Below, piece by piece: positions 45,051 through 58,713 of a DNA stretch of 64,000 bases. Location: the NCBI GenBank assembly GCA_002633005.1, contig NMRA01000106.1, positions 849,655 through 913,654 of the forward strand. Direction: 5' to 3'. A program made the translations under genes and the position numbers. Below the pieces are notes generated by a model. The model was not told the DNA's origin. It saw nothing but the letters and a program-made list of their open reading frames with translations, and made no database searches. The DNA is from Phoronis australis (Eukaryota; Animalia; Phoronida). The stretch's first letter is position 1, and every line of letters starts with the position of its first letter.

Positions 45051-46000
45051 ACTCGTCTTGCTGGGTTGAGATCCTGAGAATCACTGACGAGTGCTTGCTG
45101 CAATAGCTGCGTCGATTTTCATCGATGTCGCAGAACTGACGAGTTGAATGAATGTGTGAAGACAGTCTCTGGCAGTCAGTAATAAATAGTCCAGTACACT
45201 GGATAATGTATGCGCACGTGTTATTATGAGGACATGTTTAACATGTTTAATCATTTAGTCGTGAATTGTGGTAAGAATGAACATTGTTATGTTATCTTCT
45301 CTTGTAAAAAAAAGAAAGTGACAGAGAGGTAATGAAGTGCAGTTTTATTCATGTTAATTTTTTCATGCGAGCATGTTTTATGAATACTGAAGATTGCTTT
45401 TAGTTAAGATAATGAAAGTCATTTTTTTCGACATGACCTTGAACAAAAAGGGAAAATATCATTAGTCGACACTTAAAGCAGTCGCTTGTTATCTATTTGA
45501 CATTATTCTGTTTAAACAAAACTGTATTTTGTCTAATTCCCTGCTTTCTACGGTAACGAATGTATTGCTGATTTTACATGTTGAGAAGCATAGGTTCAAG
45601 AATTCTAAACTTGTCAAGTTGAATGTTATGTGTACACTCAATTGGATGCAATTTAGTCATGGTCAAACAGCATTAACTGTGAGTGAATTTATTTTCTTTT
45701 GATCAAGTGCAGAATTGTTTTGAGTACACAATATGTTTAGTCATTGTATGTCTGAAGAAAAAATAAAAATGTAAATATATACTTGTGTTGTATTACTTAC
45801 GCCAACGCATATCTCTCCACTGATTGCCATAAAAATTTCTTTTAACTGATTACTAATTAAAAAGCTATTTTAATAATTTTTGAGAAAACGGATCAGTGCC
45901 ATAGCGCAATTAAGTTGATTCATTGTACAATATCACAAAAACTTGTCTTGGACCACTTACTGCACATAAAAAACTGATGCCTGCTTGTTCATATCGTATA

Positions 46001-46068
46001 AGAAGTGGTTCTGGGCTTGGGAGAATATGGCTAGAAGTGGTTCTGGGCTTGGGAGAATATGGCTAGAA
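46001..46068. repeat. 32-bp tandem duplication
   Basis: AGAAGTGGTTCTGGGCTTGGGAGAATATGGCT x2. Confidence 0.9.
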
Positions 46069-46947
46069 TATTGCTGCACAAAATGACCCACAGTAACGAG
46101 CTAACTTGTAGAGCCTAGTTTTCAGTAATAACACATCGTCGGTTCTTTTCAAAGCCCAGACATCGCCTCGTTTTACCAAAGAACAATACTCATTTCATCG
46201 TGTTAAGTGGTCTAAATATGTACGTAGTTCAAACAAAATGTTTTATTAAAAACAGGCCATCTCTAAACTCTTCATTAAGGTTATATGTACCATGAAAAAT
46301 TACATGAGACATCACACCTCACCTGTGATTCATTGAGGTATTAACTCAAACACAAATAAATAATTACAAAAATGGGGCTTTCACCAATCCCAGAAACTGA
46401 ACTATGGCTAGACTGAGCTGATGCCACAGAAATTTCAAATAAAACACGATTATGACAACAGTTCTAACTGTGATTGCCTTCCATGGAAGGAAAGCAGTGT
46501 GCCTTCACTGTCGTACTGAGTCTGGGTGTAGCAGGATGAGGAAGATCTTGCAAGAAAAAATACAAAATACCATTTTTCAATAATGCATAACTATTTTGAG
46601 CCCTAATATGAAGTACTGCATTACTGGTGCAGATCATGGATAATGAAAAAGAGGTTTGACGTTCATGTTAGATTTGTCAATTAAAGTAGAAAAAGCATCA
46701 CAGTACTCTTCTCATTCCATGTCTAAATAAACACCCAGGCTTTTTGTATTGAGAGTATAGCCATTTTCCAAGCTCCTCGGACTGCAATCAAACATTTTCT
46801 TGGAATGCTGTGTGATACACCAATGAGCACATAGCTACCATCATTAAATTACAGTAAACAAATTCCCCCAACTCAATGTTTGCATTGATCATAAGATTGC
46901 AAAGTCCTCAAAACGCCAATGCCATTTCATACATATGTCCGAGTTAT

Positions 46948-49900
46948 CTACATGCCGTTGTAAGCCGGTCCTTCTCCACCTTGTGGACACACCCAATTGA
47001 TGTTCTGGCTGGGGTCTTTAATGTCACATGTCTTACAGTGGATGCAGTTCTGTGCGTTGATCTGCAGCCGCATTCCACCGTCCTCCACTTCTACGTATTC
47101 ATACACGCCTGAAAACAAGAATGCATAGCCATTACATAATTAACGGATTAGCTTCATTCCCTGGCATGGTGGAGGCCACTAAACCAAAGGCAAAACAATG
47201 ACTGTGACCGTTAAGTGAATGGTACACAAATGCCAAGTGCCACTAAGCAACCATAAACCTCCCAGCTTCCGTCACATAAACATTTGTCTTTTGATTTAGA
47301 ATACTCACCACTACAAAATTGGTCTCAACATTTTCCACAGTCAAATTAGAAATTATTTCTTGGCATGAAACGAACTCTCAGTGTGCTATTGTTTGAGATC
47401 AGGTTCCATGAGTCGATTAGTCAAAGCAGATCATTTTTGTACAGAGCATAGTCTAAAGCTATATCAAACTGTCAATTCTTTGCAAACCCAGAAATGATTT
47501 CTCAATAAACAAGTAGTTTGAAAAAATAGAATATTAAAATTAACATGGGTTTATAGCTACAGCAAAAAAGAATATTGCAGCTGGAAACTAAAATCAAATA
47601 GGCAAGTCCAGAAATATCCTGCTTCATAATTACATTAAAATAAACAGATAGCATTACAACAGTCAACTTTCAAATATACCTAATAATGCAAGAGACACCA
47701 CATAATTTAATAAAACTCAAACTCAATAGGCAGAAATCAGTAAGAGTCTGATTTACATCATTTTAATTCAATGAATAAGGCAAACAATCACAGTGAATTA
47801 TGATGGTAAAAGACCTTCATTTAGTATTTTCTTTTATCCAAGAAGAAATTTAGCATATTCAGGTAGCAGCCTACTAATTGACCTGTATGACCACCATTGC
47901 TAATGTTATATTACCTGCTGGGCAAAACCTTTGTTCTGGGCCATCGTATATGGCAAGGTTGTTATTAACAGGAACATCATCGTTCTTCAGTGTGAGGTGG
48001 GCTGGTTGATCATGATCATGATTTGTGCCTGTTAGTGCCACGGACGACAATAAATCAAAGCTAATTTCACCATCAGGCTTGGGGTAGTCAATCGGTGTAC
48101 ATTCTGAAGCAGGCTTCAGCTTACTGGAGTCTAATTCTGAAAAAAAGGAAGATAGTGGCAAATTGATTCCACAAGCTGTAAGAGGCATTCCAGTCTACAT
48201 CCTGCAGTCTACAAGAAAGAATTGGCCTAAATTGAAACTCACAGGCTGACGTAATTCCTCAAGGTGTCCATCTCTAAGTACAATACTTACCACCGTGCTT
48301 CTCTAAGAGAAAGAAGTAACTTCAGATACAGTGTGATACCTCAGTGAAAGCATGATCAGAGTCAGTGTTACAGTCAAATTGTAAAAAGCTGTATAAGGAA
48401 TGCTATTAACTTAAATTCTCAGAACACTGCAATTTGTGGTTACATTTAGTTGCTGCTCTCTGTCCATGAACGCAAAATTTGGTAAAATTATTACCAAGCA
48501 TGGTCAGTGATTGTAAAGAGACAAAATCAGAGAGAATACCTTTGTGCCTTAATGTCCATGGTTCCTTTCCTCGTAAAAAGCAGTAGAATATTCCAGTATA
48601 AAGAAGTCCACCGTATAGCCCCAAAGGACTGTCGAAAGATGGACGAACGTTGCGAACCGACTTCAGCTCTTGCCACACCCAGCTGTTTTGCATATTTGTC
48701 GTGTAGATTTCAGGATTCAGGCCAACTAAAAGATTTTGAAAAAATTCAGTACGTGTAAAAACAAGCAAATGTTTTGAAATAATGACGATGACTCGCACAT
48801 TATTAAGGGTTTTGGACAGGAATTGATGCAAGTCACCAGTCACCAGTAGAACTAGCATAACTTTTCTCAAAAATAGATGGATGAATTTTGGGTGGTGTTT
48901 CGTACACCAAAGACAATCAAGACTATGTGCTTTGCTTGAAATGCATGGCGATATCGTAAATTTTCGCGAGTATTTTTGGGTCTATGAAAAGCAAGTTTGA
49001 CCCTAATGTCACAGCAACACACATATAATGTACACAGCATGTGGACAAATGTCATAGCACATGTTCAAACAATAGCTAAACAATACATTGCAATATAATG
49101 CTTATGGCAAGTATGTTCTAGTTAGCTCTATTTCCAAAGTTCCTTCATTATTTGTGTTCATTGATCATCGAAAAATATTATTGAAGTTGGTGCAACATAT
49201 CTTTTATTGAAAAAATGAGAAAGTAAAATTTCATATCATGTCCTAAATTGGTGAAAATTGACCGTGATCTCCAAAAAAGAAGACTAAGTTATTCACAACC
49301 CAAGAAATACAGCCAGAGCTTGGGTTGCTTTGTGGTTGTTTGTGTCGTTATTTATGGTGTAGTTTTTATAACCAAGCAGAAGCATACAGGACTTAAAAAA
49401 CCTTGCTTGTAAAGGGTGTTCATTTCATGAAAATAATTCCAAATGTCCTCTACCCTTATCTGGAAGTTGAGTAGTAAAGCACAAAGATAAAACGCTAATT
49501 TAAATGCACATAAAATGCCAGCACAAATTAAGTTTTAGAGGTAACATTAATAAACTTGACTATTATGTAGAGTGCACCTGAACTCACCAGNTTGGTGAAT
49601 TGTCAGCGTGCTTGTTGATTGTCTCATATACACTCTCAGCTCCCACAATGCCGCTCTTCATTGCATTGTGGGTACCTTTGATCTTGGGCACGTTCATGAA
49701 GCCAGGACTACAGCCTATTAGGCAGCCTCCAGGGAAGGTAAGTTTGGGTATAGACTGAAACACACAAAAGGATGACTAAATCTGAAGTCTGTAGCTTAAG
49801 GTAAGGGAGTACGCTGATATACTATAACAAATAGATTGAATCTACCTGAGGAAGCACCAAAGCCAAATGGTAGACAGTATAATTATCAAAACATCCAGTT

Positions 49901-52900
49901 TTAAAAGACTGTTGTGAGACAAGAATAAACAGCAGCACATGCTAAGTTAAGGTAGATTCACAACACGTTCCTCAAAGAGTGACTTCAACAGGGGAGGGAG
50001 TGACCCCCGGGATGTCACTGATATTAATTATTAACCTGGAAGCCTCCCTCATTCAGTGCTAACAGTGAAGGGAGTGACCCCCGGGATGTCACAGATATTA
50101 ATTACTAACCTGGAAGCCCCCCTCATTCAGTGCTCTGGCTCCATACGCTATCCTCTTGCCACCTCGCAACACTTTCTCCACAGACGGGTGGTGCTTGAAC
50201 TTCTGGAAGGTCTTGAATGGATTGAGGTAGGGATTGCTGTAGTCGAGGCCAACCTGATGTCAAAGGTCAAAGAGCATGAAAATGAAGGTCACAGCTGATT
50301 GGTCACATCAGATAACAAGTTAGCTTCTCACCATTGATTTCCACAGCAAAACCATTTAAGTATTAGAATTTTGAGGATAATCTAGTAAACAGGAATGTGC
50401 CATTGCCAACTAAAGAAAGAATATGAATTAAAGATATAAAAGGTGAATTTTGAGGATATAGATACTTTTAGCAAAGTAATCAATGCATTAATCTACTGAT
50501 TGTATTATAATTTCCATGAACAAGATTATGAGAAATTGTTGTGCAACCACAACATCATCTAAATTGTACAGAAATTTATAAAGTTAACGAAATTTCTAAT
50601 GTTCTTAGGCACATGTACAATCAGTTACTCAAAAGCATTTCATGAATCCAAAACACACATTAAAGTGCCTTGCTACATACCACCATGCCTATAGCAATGA
50701 GCGGCGCACCTTCACCTAAATGGTACAAGAAAGAGCCGGCGTATGTGTTCCTGTCCTGTGAACAAAGCATGCATGTTATGCATACATTCTGACAATAAAA
50801 TATAAAACAATACCGTAGAATACACAAGAACATGAAGTGTTCAAGAGACTCACAAAAGAACATCACAAAAATTAAATTACATGCCGCAATTAGACGACGA
50901 ATTGTCAAACATAAATTTTAATCTTACTGTCAAAAAAGTTCAAATGCTATACTTAATAATTCTAAAATTATCATAATGTTTTACTAAATCCTCTAATATG
51001 CTGAGGTTGGGGAACTTGAAAAACAATGTTTTTCAAATTTTTAAACTTCAAAATCAGAATAAACGAGCAATGTTGCTGATCTAGAAGAGTTAAGTCATTT
51101 GAGAAGAAAGTTGGCATTCCAACATCAGAAGATGATTGACAGTGACTTTAACCAACATAAAAAAAGAAATCAGTCCTCCATAAGTTTTGTTCCTCACCAC
51201 AGGCCATCCCACTGTGTGTTCCACTCTCCCTGGTTTGTGATTGGCTGGATCTATTTCCCATACTTCCTTGAAGCCAATACCGTAAGACTGTGGATCACAT
51301 TCGTCACGGAGATTGAACTGTGTGTAAAGCTGTTTGGCTAGGTGTCCATGGCAACCTTCAGAAAACATGGTGACTTTGGCATGTAGTTCCATTCCTCTCT
51401 CAAAAGTGTCCTGCAGAGAGATTAAACACGTGCTGAATATTAAAAGCCAGACAAACTTGTTCTTAACTCACATTTCAAGAAGCAAGTAAACATATATTTT
51501 CATCAAGCTAATAACTTCCACCAGCCATTTTGGTCTTCCACAGGCGATAGATAACTTCAACACACATAAAACCTTATCTGAGTCACACACCACGAAGACA
51601 ATTGCTAGACACATTTGGACAAATCTGGCTAGTGCGGTATGATTCTGCAATGTTGTACATCTTTTTGCAAAAGATTTACATAAAAAATGACAGTCATTTT
51701 CTAAATAAACTTGAAAATACAATTTCAAAACAAAGATAATTTCTACATACTGTTTTTAAACTATGTTGAATTTTTTATGTAATTTAGAAGTTGATATCAA
51801 TTTGTCTTGGCTCCATACACTAAAATTTGCTATATTCGCATAATATACTAAATTTACAGAACTAATGAAATGCAACTTTAAGACGAGAAAAAAAGCAAGC
51901 CTGAATCTCTTGGTTGGATAAAATAACGTCTGGTTGGTCTTTATTACTTAGCTTTATTTTACCTTAGGAGCTCCGTCTTTGTATATTCCCACATCATTTG
52001 TAGCAATCCCTTTCACACTGCCATCCTCATGGTACAAAACCTGAAAAACAAGCCACATGTATTTTATGAAACCATTTTTACTGGCCACCGAATCTACATA
52101 ATTCCAGATTTTAAAACATTTAAATTTTTGCCAGAGAAACATAATTCACCACTATGGATATAATCATTCAGCATGATTGTAATTTTGGTGATAACAGAAA
52201 AATAGAGCAAAGATTTGAATAATCACAATTTTTACATTAAATTGTATAATATGCATAATGAACAGAAAACAGTAAAGTTGTGTGACACTTCACATGAAGT
52301 AAAGTAACAATTTTAAAGTAACAGAAGATCATATTTCAACAGATCTTGGCGTATTAGTTACATAAAAATTTTGACACTGAGCCACGATATAAAATATGTC
52401 TCCAGTACCAGCCAGGATGTTTACCAATGTGGTACATTTGTGACCATAGCAGAAACACCGGCTTTATTTTTTCAATTTAAAGCTTCACAGAACTGAATTT
52501 AACTAAGCTTTGCTCACCTCAGCTGCCGCAGTGCCAGGGTAGACCTCTACACCTAAATTTTCTGCCTGCTCACCTAACCATCGAACTAAGTTCCCAAGGC
52601 GTACAATGAAGTTACCAGTGTTGTGCATTGGGAAAACTGGAATAAAGAAACAAAAAATTCTCAAGACAATCTACATGACCTAGAACTGAACTTAAGGTTG
52701 GAGAGGGACTAGGAATCAGTAATATGTCAATGATCTCAAGTTTGACAGTATTTTTGAAGATTTTGAAAAAGTAGCTTTACCCGTGTTCAGCACCACTTCA
52801 ACAAAGTCCCTAAACGACTAGGGAACCGAACACAGCGAGGCAATAAACAATAACTGCAATATGAATTACCAGCAACACGCCTCGCAAACGTAAGTCCGCA

Positions 52901-55900
52901 AATCAAATCATTGCACAATACAGTCTTCCATTTAACACAGTAGAGGTAACAGATCCTCTCGATGACTTAAACCATCATTGGACAACTTGCTCCAAACAGC
53001 AGAAGAGCACACTTGTGTTAAGTACGCTTAGTAACGAAAAGGTGTCTTGTCTGAAAGTGAACTTTTTGGTGACAAATATCAGACAAAATCTAAAACAAAT
53101 AGTGTAGAAACATGTTACACAAGACAAATTGTACTTACATGGCAAAATAGGAATATTTATCCTTCGTTTTTCTGTCAAGATTGAGAATACATCTTCAGTG
53201 ACTGGAGTGTGTAGTGGTGCCTGTGAAAGTAACACAAGATAACAAGGTGAGCACATCAGGAATAGTACAGAAGTGGCTTCTGCTTTTGCACAAAAACATT
53301 CTTATTTTGGTTCATAAAGTATAAACCTACCTAATACAGTACAAGCCAAAGGTATTCAGACAAAATGACTCAGAATTACCTGACATGACAGTTGGGTGGA
53401 AGCCGAATTCCTGGTAATAGAACTCATAGAAAGTCAGTAACGTGGATAAGCCACTCTGTAAATGGAATTTTATCACCCTTATAGTTATTACCTGTAATTT
53501 TTACAATTAGCAGAATTAGATGTCATAACAGGAATCTGTATTTTGTCTGATTACTTTTGTTTTGTACTGTAGGTGGCAGCACTATCAGGGCATCAAAATA
53601 TTGAATAGAGGTGACCCAGAAAATGAACCCATCAAACTTATAATTAATCCAACACTATTTTATTTATTGCGTTCAAATTTGGTAATTTAAATTTCATTCC
53701 ATGGGTGACCTTTCCCCAGTTTTAACCATGCAGCCAGTTTCCATCAAATTTTTGGTTCTTTCCAACAGAATTATAATTTAGAATTTAACACATTTTGTGG
53801 ATTTGGGTTTCGCGTCGCCCTCTATATGCTGTAACCACAATAACTATTTTCTCATGAACTTTTTGTGGGATTTAATCTCACCAACTTAGGATAAAAATAA
53901 TTGCAAAAAACTCCCTTTTTTCATTTGCGAAACTAGTGCTTTTAACATTGTTGTGATTATTCACATTTTTTCAACACATTATGTGATGGTAGTCATGGTG
54001 TAGAAATGGAACACGAGGCAGCATTAATTTGATGCCTCACGTCCTTCATGGAAAAACAAAGAAATTCCACTAGTCAACTATGCTGTGTCCCAGATTGGTG
54101 GGAATTTTTCATAATACTATTTTTCAAAATCATCAGATGGTGTCAACCTCCAAATACCCGCTGTCCCTCAGACATTCCCTGAAAACTTACACCTAATTCT
54201 TCGTAGTTGGGAAACAATTCCATTAAAGCTCGTGGTTCAATACAGGCTCCAGACATAGTGTGACCACCTGCAACAAAAATTAATTTCCAAGTTCAGAGCA
54301 AAATAAAGTTGAACAGCTCTTCAACATGTTTGGCTTTTTGAAATGGGTTTCTTGTTCCACATTTGAGATTTGAAAAGTTTTTACTTCCTAGAGAATTATT
54401 CTTTTAAAAAATGGTAATTAAAAAACAAGACTGAGTTATGATTAACTAAATTCTGGTAGAACTTTGTGCAGTTTTTACCACAATATAATTGAAAAGTAAA
54501 ATGCATTAAAATGTCCATACATAATAGGTCATTTCAATAACTTTTTCCAACATGTCAGTGCGTTGTATTTTTGCTCATTTCATTTACAACAGAATCATCA
54601 CCATCACTTTTATTTAAAACATCTGAATGTATCCAGAATTGGCAAAAATTCACCAAACACAGAAATAAGCATCACATTTCATTAAGAGTTTGTTGACATA
54701 TCTAGTGCTCATTGTTCACCTCACTTTACAAAAGGTGACACAAAAATTACAATACCCATCAACTCACCTATTTCTGATGCCTTTTCCACAACACACACTC
54801 TAAATTCATCATTGCCATCAGCATTGGCAAGTTGTTTCAGTCTACAGGCTGCCGACAGACCAGCAGGACCCCCACCCACAATGAGCACATCTACCTCATC
54901 TGACACTCTCTCCATGTCTACGTCTAAACAAAATGGAGCGATTCATTAATAGTGAGGGTAGGGCGAGTGGGTTGCAATGTGACTACAATAGTTAAATGCA
55001 ACAATTCACCGATAAACAGACCCAGTGAAATGAATCTTTCACACGAGGCTATGTGAGCCTGCATTTAAACAGAAAATGAAGATATTCATTAAGTAAACAC
55101 ATATCTACAGAAACTGAAGATTGTTGTTGTGTCCAAGTTCCACTTGTAATTTAAGACAGCTATAATTCTTAAGCCCGGTTACGAATGTATCGCCAATATA
55201 AAAACTAAAATTGACAAGGAAAATTTTACCTTTCCATCTTGGATCAGTGTCCCTGCTGACTATTGAGTAGTGTGTTGTTATCTTGGGTTGTGTTGACAGT
55301 TGACGACAACATCTCCACACAGACTTTGCACCTGAAATTTAACCATACAAGTAACATCACCAAAACAGGTTTCAACTAAAACTGGACATCGGTTAAAGGA
55401 TTAGCACATCTTTGCCTAACTTACTTACAATCTACATTGGTTGTTCAATTGGCTCAAAAACGACCATCAAGTCATGGAGTCCTCTTGCCATAGTCAAGTT
55501 ATCAGTCCTTTTGGACATTGCAAGTTAGTAATCCCTAGCACTAGGAACAAAACATTGTTCAGATTCAACATTTGGTGTGTCATTGACTGAATGTACACAA
55601 GAGCTGTTGCACTGAATGTAAAATATGGACATTCTCTAATTATTTCAAACAAAAAATTCCCAAAATTTTCATTTTTCAAAGACTGATTATCATTGTGAAA
55701 ATAATGAAAACTTTGCCAAATGTCGTTTTGGGGCATCTACACAGCACATAGCACACAGCACGCAACACACAGCACATGGCACACAGCACACAACACAAAT
55801 TATGCTGGTAATTATACAAAATGTTCTTAGTCTTTTCTTTTGAGGAAAAATTTTGACAAAATTGAATTTCACAAGTCATTAATAATAAATAAGTGAGGAA

Positions 55901-58529
55901 TTACCATATACTAATAGTGAGACCACAGGTCTTCATTCAAAGACAGGTCCCTAGTTATGTGCTACTCATAAAGTATGCAGTTTGAGAGTCCAGCAAATAT
56001 AATCTATTAAGGCAATGATAATAAGTTGATCTATATCATAAGTGACCCAAAAATTAATGTTTTATAAATTTTAAAGCAACTTCATTCGCTGGTAAACTTT
56101 GACATTTTGTTATATAAAATTAATTTCGATGACCTTGCATATAGTAATTTAAGCAAATATTAACATGTCTGACGAAAAATACCGTGGAGCTAAAAATGGC
56201 TGTCAGAGTGGGTTTACAAGTTATCAGCCACTCAAACTAGATCTTTTCAACATGATTAGAATTCCTGCATAAACTTTAGCCACTTGACACTAAACAATTC
56301 TCAGGTAGTTGTCTCACAGATAAGAGGTTCTGTGAATACTGGCAATGTTTCAGTCCTGACCTTCAATTAATTCCAAAATAACATTCTGGCCGTCAAACAG
56401 ACGGCTGCTGCGTAACCCCTTGCTTGGGAGTCCGAGTATTTTGCGCTTTGAAACGTACAGTTGTATATTTTAGCAAATAAAATCTTTTAATGTGTATGAC
56501 ATGTGACTTCCGTGTGTAACGCGGAGTTGTATATAGCTCTTCTAAATTACAAACACTGAACAGAGTGTCTTGTGGTCTAGAGGTTTAGAGTGAAGTTAAT
56601 TCGTAAATATTGAGAAAGCGGTCATCATTTCAAGCTTTTTTAAATTTTACCAACACTTTTTTAATTCTGACCAATCCCATCGGAACCCGTCCAAAATAAC
56701 ATCTTGGCCGTCCAACAGACAGCCACTGCGTAAACCCTTGCTTGGGAGTCTGATTATTTTACGCTTTGCAACGTACAGTTGTATATTTTAACGTATAAAA
56801 TCTTTTAATGTGTATGACATGTGACTTCCGTGTGTAACGCGGAGTCGTATAAAGCTCTTCTAAATTACAAACACTGAACAGAGTGTCTTGTGGTCTAGAG
56901 GTTTAGAGTGAAGTTAATTCGTTTTATGACCAAGGTACAATACCCGGTGTCAGAAGCAAAGTTTTTGTGTAACAAATTTGTAATGAATGAAACAAAAATT
57001 GTGAACTTGCTGAATCAAATAATCGTGGAGAGCGGAAAAAGGTTAGAAAATTCATAAACGTAGAGACCCAAATAAGNCCTGACCTTCAATTAATTCCAAA
57101 ATAACATTCTGGCCGTCAAACAGACGGCTGCTGCGTAACCCCTTGCTTGGGAGTCCAAGTATTTTGCGCTTTGAAACGTACAGTTGTATATTTTAGCAAA
57201 TAAAATCTTTTAATGTGTATGACATGTGACTTCCGTGTGTAACGTGGAGTTGTATATAGCTCTTATAAATTACAAAAACCGAACTGAGTGTCTCGTGGTC
57301 TAGAGGTTTAGAGCAAATTAACTTGGTCTTACGACCACGGTACGATACCCGGTGTCAGAAGCAAAGTTTTTGTGTAACAAATTTGTAATGAATGAAACAA
57401 AAATTGTGAACTTGCTGAATCAAATAATTGTGGAGAGTGGAAAAAGATTTGAAAATTAATAAACGTGGAGACCCAAATAAGTGTCGTATAGACCGGAAAA
57501 CGAGTCTGAAAAAATAATCGTAAAGATACGGCTATTTGGAACTCAAGAATAACTGTCTTTTCCATTTGACCTCAAGCAATGACTGTAATGGCTTTAAGTC
57601 TTCCATTTCACTCTAGCTAGGAAAAGTTAACAACACCAACAGCGCCCTCTATTTTCAAAAGGTATAGCGACAGCAATATATGACTTTGACAGTTTAGTCA
57701 ATGTGAGACATAATTTGCCAAAAGTTTCCATCATACGGCAGCCCTATTGAGTGACTACCATCTGTGCTAGCAGCGCAGGGCACGAGTCGGATATGATGGA
57801 CCTGATTTAGATAACCAGTTTTATCCACTAAATAACGGCCATTATTTAGTGATTGCCTGGTTCTCTAAGTCAGGGTCCATTATATCCGACTAGTGCCGCT
57901 GCGCTGGACTGGTTCAGACAGTAGTACTGTCTAGCCAAGAGGAGGCAGCACACACAGGGGACCCGTTTTACAAAACCAACCCGTGTATTTGTCTTCAGGC
58001 TTTATCCTATTGGAGGGCTCTGATGACACACAAGCATATTCTTTACTATATTATATACCTAAGAATTTCCTCTACACTGCACTACAGTCAGGTCAGTCAG
58101 GCCAGGGGTAGGGGAACTCTGGGACCCCTTACACCCTTACCATTGACCCAGACTAGAAGATAAATATACCCCGGTATCATACCGCTATACCGAGTATACC
58201 GGGTATGTAAACCAGCGCTACCTATATCCAATGATGCAAAGAAACAAACTACTTGAGTTACGTACAAATAAAACGATCTTCTGCAGTAGCCTTAATAGGC
58301 AGGGGACATCGGCAAGTACCACACCACTGACTGTTTACCCACTTAACCACTGACGAGAGTGAACACTGCTGAAGTCTTTACGTAATCATGTCAGTTGGCT
58401 ACAGTGACCACACTTGGCTCGTGTTACTGACATTAACCAGAATGTTGTTCGAGAAATCTGCTGACATTTGCCTCAAAAAAGAAATCTCTAATTTCAGTTT
58501 AACTTACCTGTCAATCTTCCGACAAACAT
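46948..58529 (-). CDS. ETFDH: Electron transfer flavoprotein-ubiquinone oxidoreductase, mitochondrial
   Basis: About 14 exons; first exon 58529-58508 (MFVGRLT), second 55331-55230 ([17 protein letters not shown]). FAD motif [26 protein letters not shown], 4Fe-4S ligands QRFCPAG...[16 protein letters not shown]-terminus [11 protein letters not shown] stray N at 49591 creates a false frameshift. Confidence 0.97.
53337..53569. mobile_element. MITE, same family as 4981-5242
   Basis: TA|CAGTACAAGCCAAAGGTATTCAGACAAAAT ... ATTTTGTCTGATTACTTTTGTTTTGTACTG|TA. Confidence 0.75.
55739..55797. repeat. Degenerate CACAG(CA)-type microsatellite
   Basis: ACAGCACATAGCACACAGCAC... periodicity. Confidence 0.7.
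56355..57482. repeat. Three copies of an about 240-bp segment (near 56355, 56690, 57078); copies across the N at 57077 are probably two haplotypes, one carrying a local tandem duplication
   Basis: Shared CCAAAATAACAT...GGTCTAGAGGTTTAGAG; 56927-57076 also recurs at about 57332-57482. Confidence 0.75.
57752..57927. mobile_element. Fold-back (palindromic) element in ETFDH intron 1
   Basis: About 48-bp arms CAGCGCAGGGCACGAGTCGGATATGATGGACCTGATTTAGATAACCAG / CTGGTTCTCTAAGTCAGGGTCCATTATATCCGACTAGTGCCGCTGCGCTG, with an inner stem CACTAAATAA/TTATTTAGTG. Confidence 0.65.
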
Positions 58530-58713
58530 TTTCGATCTCAATCACTGCCAGACCAGAACAAACTGGCTTGCTCCAGTGAAAAAGGTCCTCTCTCAGCAAA
58601 ACTAGGTCAACTTTAATGTCCACTTATGATAAACTTACGTCAGTCGATTCATTTTCACGAAAGACGTCGCTCTAGTCGGTTGGCGAAGCGCGTCAAGTAT
58701 CGCAAGACAAGAC
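58530..58713. promoter_or_regulatory. Compact bidirectional promoter between ETFDH and the Scm3/HJURP-like gene
   Basis: 184 bp between divergent ATGs; locally CpG-rich (GACGTCGC, GGCGAAGCGCG). Confidence 0.65.

Noticed and set aside
49588-49600. Frameshift or pseudogenisation of ETFDH
   Set aside because: Removing the single N restores the frame and exon phase.
58633-58662. Alternative ETFDH first exon ATGAATCGACTGAC|GTAAGT on the minus strand
   Set aside because: Phase 2 is incompatible with the phase-1 acceptor at 55331; it could only be non-coding or a uORF, and nothing else supports it.
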